A stretch of 64,000 nt of DNA from an uncultured Candidatus Saccharibacteria bacterium (GCA_964385105.1 CAYLMU010000002.1:122583-186582); one strand, 5' to 3'; numbered from the stretch's first letter, positions 39,400-48,396 are shown. Translations and numbers: made by a program. The notes: a model not told the origin generated them from the sequence alone.

Positions 39400-40040
39400 T
39401 GTTTAATTTCACTTTTCCCCTACAATTCGGGGCTTGATAAATGCCTCTTTGCCTTTAATCCCCTACAATTCGGGGACTTACATGTTCATCATATGCCTTT
39501 AATCCCCTACAATTCGGGGTGAGACTTGTATCATACTGCCTTTAATCCCCTACAATTCGGGGTACCTCTTTTTGACCCATGCCTTTAATCCCCTACAATT
39601 CGGGGTTGCCCTTGTCAGACGGTAGCCTTTAATCCCCTACAATTCGGGGTATCAGGGTTTGGCTTGTAGCCTTTAATCCCCTACAATTCGGGGAAAATGG
39701 ATAAGGATATAGCCTTTAATCCCCTACAATTCGGGGAGACTTTAGACAGTGCTGAGCCTTTAATCCCCTACAATTCGGGGTGTAGCTCCACAGGGTATTG
39801 CCTTTAATCCCCTACAATTCGGGGTATGGAAAACATGGTCATGCCTTTAATCCCCTACAATTCGGGGAAATCCTACGTTGTTTGACGCCTTTAATCCCCT
39901 ACAATTCGGGGCTAGGGTTAGTTCAGTTTGCCTTTAATCCCCTACAATTCGGGGCACAGTTACCGAGAGTAAGCCTTTAATCCCCTACAATTCGGGGTAA
40001 TGGGTGTTCGTTTTGGCCTTTAATCCCCTACAATTCGGGG
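39400..40040. CRISPR. CRISPR array: 14 identical 25-nt repeats (GCCTTTAATCCCCTACAATTCGGGG) plus a degenerate repeat, 18-19-nt spacers
   Basis: repeats start at 39451, 39495, 39538, 39581, 39625, 39669, 39712, 39756, 39800, 39843, 39887, 39930, 39973 and 40016; degenerate copy with a 9-nt insertion at about 39400-39432; all spacers unique; repeat has CCCC/GGGG hairpin at its 3' end; AT-rich flank 40041-40143. Confidence 0.95.
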
Positions 40041-40143
40041 AGTTTACCCGATATATGCTTTATTTAAAGTACAAATTAATATAATATATATATAAATTAA
40101 CCTCATTAATTGGTTAATTACGCGTGATTATAGCATATTTCTT

Positions 40144-41121
40144 ATGCAGATACCTAAAGATCCTGCTTGGATACCATATTTACAGACAGCAACACTAATA
40201 GGAAACGACAAAGTTAATATTAAATACAATGACGGTGAAACTATAATTCATCCATCTAGTACATTGTCTCTTTTAATTTATGGAGATTGCAATGATTTGC
40301 CAATAGAAGTAATTGAAGAATTTGGTAGATATGGTGTTCCTATTATCTTTCATAAAAGAAATATCTCAAAAAATATATGGATAAGTAATGGTCCTCGGGC
40401 TGATAAAAACGACACACTAACTAAGCAAATATTACTTAGGAATGACTTGAGAAGAAAAACATATATATCAAGAGTACTGATTTATAATAAATTTAAATAT
40501 TTTGATGAGTTATTTAATATAAGTATACCTAAGTTAAGTGGAATGACAGTAAGCCAAATAAGAATCACAGAGGCTAAGGTTTCTAGAGTTTATTGGAGAA
40601 GTTATTATAATGGACTTGAACAACCTTCTTGGACTAGAAGGTCAAATAATCCCGTTTCTTTTGCTTTGGATGCATGTTCAAAATTTATTGCAGGGATAAT
40701 TCTAAGATGGATAAGCTATCACCACATGTCACCATATCACGGATTCTTACATATACCTACTGATTATCCAAGTTTAGTATATGATCTTATGGAACCGTAT
40801 AGATACATTAGTGATCTGGCTGTAGCAAAAGCTTATATTGAAAGCAAAACTCAAGACAAAGAAAAGCTTACGGCAATGTCAATTTCTAATTTAAAAGACG
40901 AATTAAATAAAGAAATATATTGTATTCAAACAAGACAATTGCTTAGAAGACAGCAGCTATTGCATGGCATATGTTTAAGTCTACGGGCATACTTATTAGG
41001 TGAAGGTAAAAGATTTATTGTTCCAACAGAAGGTGAAACAAGAAAGGGTAGACGAATTAAAACTAACTTTGTAATCCCAGGCAAGAGTGCAGGTTACACT
41101 AAATTAGTTTTAGGCAGCTGA
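40144..41121 (+). CDS. cas1: CRISPR-associated endonuclease Cas1
   Basis: 325 aa; HGFLH and SLVYDLMEPYRYI blocks; adjacent to the array. Confidence 0.8.
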   Translation: MQIPKDPAWIPYLQTATLIGNDKVNIKYNDGETIIHPSSTLSLLIYGDCNDLPIEVIEEFGRYGVPIIFHKRNISKNIWISNGPRADKNDTLTKQILLRNDLRRKTYISRVLIYNKFKYFDELFNISIPKLSGMTVSQIRITEAKVSRVYWRSYYNGLEQPSWTRRSNNPVSFALDACSKFIAGIILRWISYHHMSPYHGFLHIPTDYPSLVYDLMEPYRYISDLAVAKAYIESKTQDKEKLTAMSISNLKDELNKEIYCIQTRQLLRRQQLLHGICLSLRAYLLGEGKRFIVPTEGETRKGRRIKTNFVIPGKSAGYTKLVLGS

Positions 41122-41221
41122 AATTTTATATAGAATCTGTTGTTTGTACCCAATAGCTTATTAATAGGTTTGATTATAACTTAGGGAATGAAGTTATTAT
41201 ATGTCGATACCATGCCCATTC

Positions 41222-41299
41222 TGGTCGGGGTGGCAGGACTCGAACCTGCGGCCTCACGGTCCCAAACCGCGCACTCTAGCCAACTGAGCTACACCCCGC
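41222..41299 (-). tRNA. tRNA-Pro (anticodon TGG)
   Basis: reverse complement GCGGGGTGTAGCTCAGTTGGCTAGAGTGCGCGGTTTGGGACCGTGAGG..GGTTCGAGTCCTGCCACCCCGACCA. Confidence 0.8.
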
Positions 41300-41421
41300 A
41301 AAAAGTTCAATGAAAATTAAAAATACAGTTTCACTACACCATTTACACTAGAAACAATCGCTATTGTATCATAATTTCGCATTGTAATTAGGTATCTTAA
41401 TTAAAAAGTAACTACAGGGAT

Positions 41422-42672
41422 TTATTCACTACGCTCTATTGCATAAATCACACCTGCTCTATCATCAGTCACCAAAAGCGTATTACCGTCAATAAATTTT
41501 ACGTCAACAGGTCTTCCCCATGCTTCCCCGTTGTTTTGCAGCCACCCTGTTGCAAAATCTCCAACTACTTTAGGCTCTGTGCTTATGTCAACTAAAACCA
41601 GCTTATAACCTGTTGGAACAGTTCTATTCCATGATCCATGATAAGCAATTAAAACATGTTCTCCGGTAGTCCAATCTGAACCTAATGGTAAAGGGGTAAT
41701 TCCTAGTGGAGCTGAATGTGCTGTCATCTCAACCACCGGAAATGCGGTTTCGTTTTCACAAAAACTCACATGGTCTGGATATTCAGGGCTTACAACACCT
41801 TGACCATGACAATATGGCCATCCGTAATGTTTACCCTTTTCTATTAAGTTAAGCTCCTCTGGAGGAATATTGTCGCCAATTAGGTCGCGTCCGTTATCAA
41901 CGCCCCATAATTTGTCAGATATAAAGGTAAAACCAACAGTATTTCGCAATCCTCGTGCAAATATTTCTTCACCGGAGCCGTCTAGATTATAAGTAACAAT
42001 TGCGGCACGTCTTTCATCGGTTTCATCACAAACATTGCAGCTTGAACCTACCGAAACATACAATTTATTGTCAGAGCCAACCTTTACAGTTCGTGTATTA
42101 TGCCCCGCGCCACTTGGCAAACCGGCAACAAGTACTTCTTTACTGTCATATTGCCCGTCTGCGCGTATGTTGTTATAAACCAAAATCTGATGTTCCTCAC
42201 CTACATATAAATTATTGTTATACCAGTCGATGCCATGAATGTTACGTAAGCCGGTATCAATAACTATTTCTTCATCAGCAACATTGTCTTTGTCGTTGTC
42301 AACAAAAAGTAAAACCTCACCTGTACCTTTGTCGGTTACATAAATATTTCCCGCATCATCGGTATCAAGAGATCTTGGAGCATTCATTCCTGCTGCAAAT
42401 ATATTTATTTTAAATCCCTCCGGAAGATTTACCGTGCGTGGTGTATTAAATGTGTTATTTTGATATTTTTCAGTAACTTCAATTTGTACCGGATGTAACG
42501 TCGTTAAATCTACAACACTAGAATCACTTTCATCCGACCCGAATTTGGGTACTATGCTTCCTTCTCTTACAAACGGAGATCGTGTTGTGTTATTTTGATT
42601 GAGCAGATAAAAATACCACGCTAAAGTTGCTCCACCTGCAAGTAAGATTATTAATAAAATTTTTTTAATCAT
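41422..42672 (-). CDS. PQQ-dependent soluble sugar (glucose/sorbosone) dehydrogenase-like beta-propeller protein
   Basis: signal/TM; motifs ARGLRNTVGFTF and HYGWPYCHG. Confidence 0.6.
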   Translation of the reverse strand: MIKKILLIILLAGGATLAWYFYLLNQNNTTRSPFVREGSIVPKFGSDESDSSVVDLTTLHPVQIEVTEKYQNNTFNTPRTVNLPEGFKINIFAAGMNAPRSLDTDDAGNIYVTDKGTGEVLLFVDNDKDNVADEEIVIDTGLRNIHGIDWYNNNLYVGEEHQILVYNNIRADGQYDSKEVLVAGLPSGAGHNTRTVKVGSDNKLYVSVGSSCNVCDETDERRAAIVTYNLDGSGEEIFARGLRNTVGFTFISDKLWGVDNGRDLIGDNIPPEELNLIEKGKHYGWPYCHGQGVVSPEYPDHVSFCENETAFPVVEMTAHSAPLGITPLPLGSDWTTGEHVLIAYHGSWNRTVPTGYKLVLVDISTEPKVVGDFATGWLQNNGEAWGRPVDVKFIDGNTLLVTDDRAGVIYAIERSE

Positions 42673-42674
42673 AC

Positions 42675-43448
42675 TTATAGTTCTGGAATCGTTTCTGACA
42701 GTATTATATCAAATGGTTTTGATTCATAAACCATACGTGAGTTGTTTATTAAATCTATTAAATGTACTTTGATCGTATAGGTACAGGTTTCTGTTGGTAA
42801 ACAAATAGGTGTTGTTTCATCTTTTTTGTCTATATTTCGCGAAAATTCCGACACAACAAAAACATCATTGCTGTTGTTTAAAAAGTATGCCCGGTCAAAA
42901 TGGCAATTCGCCCTAACAGAACAGTCTACAACACGCGCATCAATAATTTTGTCATCTTTTAAACCATAAATATGTACTTCATTTGGCTCGTACCCGTCAC
43001 GTTGAATACTTCTGTAATCTATAAAAAGTCTATTACTTGGTGCAAAAACCACATGTTCATTTTGCTCTTCAAGCAGCTTCTTTTGTTGAATATTTGTATC
43101 AAATTCTTCTCTTTTACCTTCTTCATCAATTGAGCTTATTGTCAGCCATTTTGTGTTATATATTTCATTTTCTTCAACAAGTGTAAAATCCTCAGCCTCT
43201 ATTTCAAAGCCTTTATTTTTTAAATTGGTCATCCATTTTTGAAATCCTTTGCTTTCTTCTACTTTTTCGGGGAGTCTTGAATTATCAACTGCCCTTTGTT
43301 CTGCATAATTTAACCCAGCACCGGCAAACACGAGTGTAAAAACTGCTACTGTAAGCGCGGATGAAATTAACTTTTTGTTCATGTTTTGATTATACCTTAA
43401 TATAAAAACGCCATGGCTTTTTTGCCCAATTGCCGGCGTAATCAACAT
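42675..43448 (-). CDS. hypothetical secreted protein
   Basis: N-terminal hydrophobic segment. Confidence 0.45.
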   Translation of the reverse strand: MLITPAIGQKSHGVFILRYNQNMNKKLISSALTVAVFTLVFAGAGLNYAEQRAVDNSRLPEKVEESKGFQKWMTNLKNKGFEIEAEDFTLVEENEIYNTKWLTISSIDEEGKREEFDTNIQQKKLLEEQNEHVVFAPSNRLFIDYRSIQRDGYEPNEVHIYGLKDDKIIDARVVDCSVRANCHFDRAYFLNNSNDVFVVSEFSRNIDKKDETTPICLPTETCTYTIKVHLIDLINNSRMVYESKPFDIILSETIPEL

Positions 43449-43908
43449 TTATTCTAGGTGATGTATGGATTATGTGTGGTTCTGTAATGTTTTTGTTGTC
43501 TTCAACCCAAATTCTATTACTTCTCGTAATATCTTCTCCATAAAATGATTTATCAATTTGTAGTGCTCTTGTAAGTTTACCCGGGCCGTCAAACCCTTCT
43601 ATTCCCCTAATTAATACTCCTTGGGGTTCAAGTTTGTTTCCGGTAACAATATTGAGCATGTAGTACATGCCATAAATTAAATAAATATATAAATGTCCTC
43701 CTTGTTCGTACATTATTCTTGTGCGCTCGGTTTTACCTTTACTTGCGTGGCAGGCTAAATCTTCTTCACCACGATAGGCTTCGGTTTCGGTGATCATTGA
43801 TTTTACAATGTTACCGTCAGAAAATTTTCGTACTAAAATTTTTCCAAGTAAGTCGGGAGCAATTTGTAACGCGTCTTGTTTAAAAAATTCTAAATTTAAT
43901 TTATTCAT
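43390..43908 (-). CDS. DNA-3-methyladenine (methylpurine) glycosylase, Mpg/AAG family
   Basis: LLGKILVRKF..ITETEAYRGEEDLACHASKGKTERTRIMY..GGHLYIYLIYGMYYMLNIV. Confidence 0.75.
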   Translation of the reverse strand: MNKLNLEFFKQDALQIAPDLLGKILVRKFSDGNIVKSMITETEAYRGEEDLACHASKGKTERTRIMYEQGGHLYIYLIYGMYYMLNIVTGNKLEPQGVLIRGIEGFDGPGKLTRALQIDKSFYGEDITRSNRIWVEDNKNITEPHIIHTSPRINVDYAGNWAKKPWRFYIKV

Positions 43909-43976
43909 AAAAGTATTGACTTTACCAATTTATTTTGTATTATACATATGCAGGTAAATTTATTTACCTGCAGTAA

Positions 43977-44014
43977 GGAGCTCTTAATTTTTTTTAAGAG
44001 CTCCTTTTTGTTTG
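43977..44014 (+). terminator. perfect 10-bp inverted repeat followed by T-run (intrinsic-terminator-like)
   Basis: GGAGCTCTTAATTTTTTTTAAGAGCTCC then TTTTTGTTTG; preceded by a second perfect hairpin at 43949-43972. Confidence 0.35.
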
Positions 44015-44114
44015 TTACACTTTTTTTACTATACTTTTTATTTTGCATTTTCATGGTTTATGTTTACCTGTCTTTAAAAATCCGTACTTCGTGATAAAAT
44101 CATAGTTGCAATGT

Positions 44115-44190
44115 GCACCTGTAGCTCAGAGGATAGAGCAGTTCCCTTCTAAGGAAAAGGTCGTAGGTTCGACTCCTACCAGGTGCGCCA
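44115..44190 (+). tRNA. tRNA-Arg (anticodon TCT)
   Basis: GCACCTGTAGCTCAGAGGATAGAGCA..CTTCTAA anticodon loop..GTAGGTTCGACTCCTACCAGGTGCGCCA; 76 nt. Confidence 0.8.
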
Positions 44191-44207
44191 TAAATATTGG
44201 CTACAAG

Positions 44208-44294
44208 GCCCGGGTGGCGGAATGGTATACGCGCCAGACTTAAAATCTGGTGGGAGAATATCCCTTGTGGGTTCGAGTCCCACCCTGGGCACCA
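44208..44294 (+). tRNA. tRNA-Leu (anticodon TAA), long variable arm
   Basis: GCCCGGGTGGCGGAATGGTA..CCAGACTTAAAATCTGG..GTGGGTTCGAGTCCCACCCTGGGCACCA; 87 nt. Confidence 0.8.
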
Positions 44295-44419
44295 CTTGTA
44301 CTAAATAGCATTGTAAATTTCAAGTCAAAAATCCATTAAATTTATAGCGAAATTTTTAAAAGAAGCCTTTTCGAAATGAAAAAGGACAGTGTTCTTGGAG
44401 AAAACTGCCCTTTTTGGTA

Positions 44420-44950
44420 TTAAGCGTAGTACACTTTAGAGCCATCCGGAAGTTCCATTGGCTTTGTTCTGCTACTCTTCCACCTTTGTTCCGTAATTCT
44501 CAGCAGATCCGGAGCAAAGATTATCTGTGCCTGTGGCCAGCTGATAAAAGTAACATTTCCGTTAATTCTACCAGACAAGTCCCCATTAACAGGGTGGATT
44601 CCAGGATTGCTATTTTTTCCGAACTCAAATCTGGCACACAGATATGTTTTGTTTTTGGTATCTTCTAACTTATAAACAACGATGTTACCCATTCCTCTAT
44701 TCTTGAATGCTGCAGGTTTTGGATATAACCGATTTCCGCAGGTATTCCAGTACTTAATTATCCTAAATCGCAAATTGGGATGTAGGATACCTTCATCTGA
44801 TGGGAATAGCAAAAATGGCAAATTTGGATCATACTCATCAACAAACAACTCTAAAGAAAGTGGCTCAGAGCCAAATCCAAATATTACATTTTGCAACTTT
44901 CCCGTATTTTGCGGATACGGTCGTCCACACTGCATAAATCTCTTAATCAT
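44420..44950 (-). CDS. hypothetical protein
   Basis: 176-aa ORF in tRNA-bounded block. Confidence 0.45.
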   Translation of the reverse strand: MIKRFMQCGRPYPQNTGKLQNVIFGFGSEPLSLELFVDEYDPNLPFLLFPSDEGILHPNLRFRIIKYWNTCGNRLYPKPAAFKNRGMGNIVVYKLEDTKNKTYLCARFEFGKNSNPGIHPVNGDLSGRINGNVTFISWPQAQIIFAPDLLRITEQRWKSSRTKPMELPDGSKVYYA

Positions 44951-45008
44951 TTCTTTTACTCCTTTTCTGATTTACTACAGTATAGAAAATCCTTATAAAA
45001 ATGCAAAT

Positions 45009-46313
45009 TTAAGATAAAAGTTGTAATAGTCTTCTTATTGAATACAATTTCTCAAGCGTTTCTAAGTCTTCTTCTGAGCCATTTTCAATAATGAAATAGG
45101 TAAGTTTTTCCATATCACTTTCAAATGGTGTATTATTTTCACGTTCAAGGGGTATAACACTTTGTACATTCTCAAAATGTTTTAATTCTTCAATGGCCAT
45201 CATTATTCTCTCATCATCAGGTTGTTCCACTCCCAAAATCCACTCAGAAATTACTTTATTGGCATCAGCAGAACCTTCTATAGGTATTTCGGGAGCCAGT
45301 ACTTTATTAAATGCGACAGTAAGTACATCAGACAACTCAACATTTTCACTGATTGCGTCATTTAATGCATCAAGCAAAGGATGCTTTTCTTGTTCAACAG
45401 GTATGATGTCTTCAACAACTTCCTTATTATTATGCACATGGGAATTATCAGGCATATGAGAACGGGCATTCCTATACATTTTCATCAGTCTCTTTACTCC
45501 TGCCTGATGTTTATTATCAACTACTGAAATATTTTGATTAAATTCAATTCTACCTTCAGTTATATCCTCAGCTAGTACTTTTTCCACAAAATTTATTAAG
45601 AAAACGTGTTGAAATGCTCTAAAATTCGCTTCACTGTCTCCTACATTCAATGAATCTACACTGGTATGTAATCTTTGTGTTCTAAGATTTCCAATTTCTG
45701 CGTCCATCGCAACTATATTGTCTCTTTTTCTGTGCATATCAAGTCTTAACGAGGTTAATTCTGTATTGTGTCCAGTAATAAATCTAAAATTCAGTTGCAT
45801 AGGAATATCTCCGATCACTTCATTACTCTCGCCTGTTCTTATAATTATTTCTGCTCCTGTTACTGTATCTTTGCCTATTTTTCCAAGGTGTACGTCACTG
45901 TCTGATGATCTAAACATTAACCTTACCTCATCAGAGGTATTGGAACTGATTTCAAGAGTAACATTGTCAACGGGAAAATTTTCCTGGTGTAAATTGGCGC
46001 AAAAGTCATTTAAGAATCTTAAAGCTTCTATACCTAATTCAATGCCTTCTTCAAATTCTTTTCTAATAGTTTCATCCAACTTATCATATTGAAGTGTTCT
46101 ATTAGTTGTTGCGATAGTTGCTTTTATAATACCAACAACTTCATCTGTTGCTTTTATAAGCATTTCTCTAGTTTCTGGCGCAAGAGTTGTGGGTGGCTGA
46201 AAAAGATTTTCAAGATTTTCTATAGTTGGAATGGCTTTTTCTTGGAAGAGGGATTCGTCTGGCGGGGTATTACTATTTTGTAAAATTTCCAGATTTGGTT
46301 TTGTTTGAGACAT
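45009..46313 (-). CDS. hypothetical protein (434 aa, no TM)
   Basis: long ORF, no recognisable domain. Confidence 0.5.
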   Translation of the reverse strand: MSQTKPNLEILQNSNTPPDESLFQEKAIPTIENLENLFQPPTTLAPETREMLIKATDEVVGIIKATIATTNRTLQYDKLDETIRKEFEEGIELGIEALRFLNDFCANLHQENFPVDNVTLEISSNTSDEVRLMFRSSDSDVHLGKIGKDTVTGAEIIIRTGESNEVIGDIPMQLNFRFITGHNTELTSLRLDMHRKRDNIVAMDAEIGNLRTQRLHTSVDSLNVGDSEANFRAFQHVFLINFVEKVLAEDITEGRIEFNQNISVVDNKHQAGVKRLMKMYRNARSHMPDNSHVHNNKEVVEDIIPVEQEKHPLLDALNDAISENVELSDVLTVAFNKVLAPEIPIEGSADANKVISEWILGVEQPDDERIMMAIEELKHFENVQSVIPLERENNTPFESDMEKLTYFIIENGSEEDLETLEKLYSIRRLLQLLS

Positions 46314-46395
46314 GGTTCTATTTTAACAGTAGTTTAGTGGGAGCAACAAGTTTAAAGAAAGGACAAGTGTGAGCAAATTCACTTGTCCTTTAAAA

Positions 46396-46635
46396 TTATT
46401 CCAGAGAGGTAATGGTTGTAAATATACTTTCTGCCAAAGCCTCTCGGGCACAGGGTAGCTTTTTAAATGTTTTAACCCACCTTGTAATCTTAAGTTTCAA
46501 ATCTTTTGATTTTGGATCAAATATACGATACCTGTCACCATATGTTACCATAACAGAGTTGCAGGAATTCCCTTTCTCGTAAGTCACGGAGACCCCACAC
46601 AAATTACACAGAGTCATTATATTCTCCTTTTTCAT
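46396..46635 (-). CDS. small hypothetical protein (79 aa, Cys-containing)
   Basis: ORF with CNLC...CNS cysteines. Confidence 0.3.
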   Translation of the reverse strand: MKKENIMTLCNLCGVSVTYEKGNSCNSVMVTYGDRYRIFDPKSKDLKLKITRWVKTFKKLPCAREALAESIFTTITSLE

Positions 46636-46717
46636 TAAATTTTAAATCAATTTATAGAGATTTTACTAAAAATGTGCGTAAGTGTCTATAGCTATAGGTT
46701 AAAAAATTAGACTTACT

Positions 46718-46791
46718 TGGAGCGGGATACGGGAGTCGAACCCGTTTCTTCACCTTGGAAGGGTGATGTTGAGCCGTTCAACTAATCCCGC
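46718..46791 (-). tRNA. tRNA-Gly (anticodon TCC)
   Basis: reverse complement GCGGGATTAGTTGAACGGCTCAACATCACCCTTCCAAGGTGAAG..GGGTTCGACTCCCGTATCCCGCTCCA. Confidence 0.8.
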
Positions 46792-46862
46792 CGATTCATA
46801 GGCAGTTGGCAGATTTCCAAGTGAACACTTCAATTGTTCATCGGCTGCTATAGTATAAATTA

Positions 46863-47324
46863 TCACATACCTTTAAGCAAATCCTTTTTCTTTTTGTTGT
46901 ACTCTTTTTGAGATATTCTTCCTTGGTTAAGCAATTCTTTAAGTCTGTTTAAGCTCATTTCAAAATTATCTATTTGTTTTGCACTATGTGCCCTTGGTTT
47001 ATCAAATAATTCCTGTTTATTGTGAACCTGGTATATTTTTTTATCCATAAAATTTTTTGCTTTTCTGGCTTGTTTGTTCCATATTCCTTTTATAGTGACG
47101 GGTTTATGTGCACCAGCCATAACAATTTCAAATTTAGAAAAAACCAGACCTTTATGAACATAAACATTAACAATATGATTGTAGTTTATTGTTATTTCAT
47201 CCTGGTAAATAAGCTTACGACGACGTTTATAAATCATCAAGTCGTCGTAAATATATAAATGCGGCTTAAACATTGTGTGGTTTACATATTTATTTCCTAC
47301 CAGAGTCATTACTAAATGTCGCAT
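46863..47324 (-). CDS. hypothetical protein with C-terminal SHOCT-like motif
   Basis: C-terminus RISQKEYNKKKKDLL. Confidence 0.35.
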   Translation of the reverse strand: MRHLVMTLVGNKYVNHTMFKPHLYIYDDLMIYKRRRKLIYQDEITINYNHIVNVYVHKGLVFSKFEIVMAGAHKPVTIKGIWNKQARKAKNFMDKKIYQVHNKQELFDKPRAHSAKQIDNFEMSLNRLKELLNQGRISQKEYNKKKKDLLKGM

Positions 47325-47436
47325 GTAAATAAATTATGTCAATTATTGTGTAAAATGCAAAATGGTAGTTATACTTGTTATAAGAATAAATTGAATATAA
47401 AATTTATTCAAGTTTGTAGTATATAATAAATTAGCT

Positions 47437-48396
47437 ATGACAAAAATTTATGATGTAATAATCCTTGGAGGTGGTCCTTCAGGATTGACAGCAGCAATAT
47501 ATGCTTCCCGAGCTGATTTAGACACGCTTGTTTTAGCCGGAAACCCTCCAGGAGGTCAGCTAATGCTTACATCAGATGTTGAAAATTATCCCGGATTCCC
47601 CGATGGAATACTGGGTCCTGAGTTAATTTCTAAATTTAGAAGTCAGGCCGAAAGGTTTAATGCCAATGTTGTAAATGAAAATGCACTATCACTCACCGGA
47701 ACCTTTGACATCGGTTTTACAATTGCAACCGACGAAAATAATGAATATAAAGGAAAAACAGTAATTATAGCTACAGGAGCATCGGCTAGGTGGTTGAATT
47801 TACCAAGTGAGCAAAGGTTAATGGGTAGAGGTGTTTCGGCATGTGCAACGTGTGACGGATTCTTTTTTAAAGATAAAACTGTCGCTGTTGTTGGTGCAGG
47901 TGATGCAGCAATGGAAGAAGCTACATTTTTAACAAAATTTGCATCAAAAGTGTATATTATTTGCAGGGGTGACAAAGAAAGTATGAGAGCGAGTAAAATA
48001 ATGCAAAGACGTGCTTTTGAAAACCCAAAAATTGAATTTTTATTTAATACTGTAGTCGAAGAAGTTTTAGGCGAAGAATCAGTAAATGGTCTGAAAATTA
48101 AAAATACAAACACAGAAGCTACATCTACACTTGATGATGTAAAAGGCTTTTTTGTGGCTATTGGTCACACTCCAAATACAGCGTTTTTAAAAGAATTTAT
48201 TAATCTTGACCCACACGGGTATGCAGTTGCGCAAAACAACACATATTCATCAAAACCCGGAGTTTTTATTGCGGGTGACGTCTATGACCACAGATACAGG
48301 CAAGCAATAACTGCGGCAGGTTATGGATGTATGGCCGCTATTGATGTTGAAAAATTTCTCGCATCCAGCGAAAATGAACTTATCGACAAAAAATAA
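47437..48396 (+). CDS. trxB: thioredoxin-disulfide reductase
   Basis: FAD motif ILGGGPSGLTAAIYA, redox-active CATCDG, NADPH GAGDAAMEEA. Confidence 0.9.
   Translation: MTKIYDVIILGGGPSGLTAAIYASRADLDTLVLAGNPPGGQLMLTSDVENYPGFPDGILGPELISKFRSQAERFNANVVNENALSLTGTFDIGFTIATDENNEYKGKTVIIATGASARWLNLPSEQRLMGRGVSACATCDGFFFKDKTVAVVGAGDAAMEEATFLTKFASKVYIICRGDKESMRASKIMQRRAFENPKIEFLFNTVVEEVLGEESVNGLKIKNTNTEATSTLDDVKGFFVAIGHTPNTAFLKEFINLDPHGYAVAQNNTYSSKPGVFIAGDVYDHRYRQAITAAGYGCMAAIDVEKFLASSENELIDKK

Noticed and set aside
39798-39980. 60-aa + strand ORF (MPLIPYNSGYGKHGHAFNPLQFG...) inside the CRISPR array
   Set aside because: It is built entirely from translated repeat units (…AFNPLQFG… recurs each period); artefact of the array, not a gene
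41122-41221. Possible cas2 downstream of cas1
   Set aside because: Only 100 bp before tRNA-Pro, with no ORF or RBS; too short for Cas2
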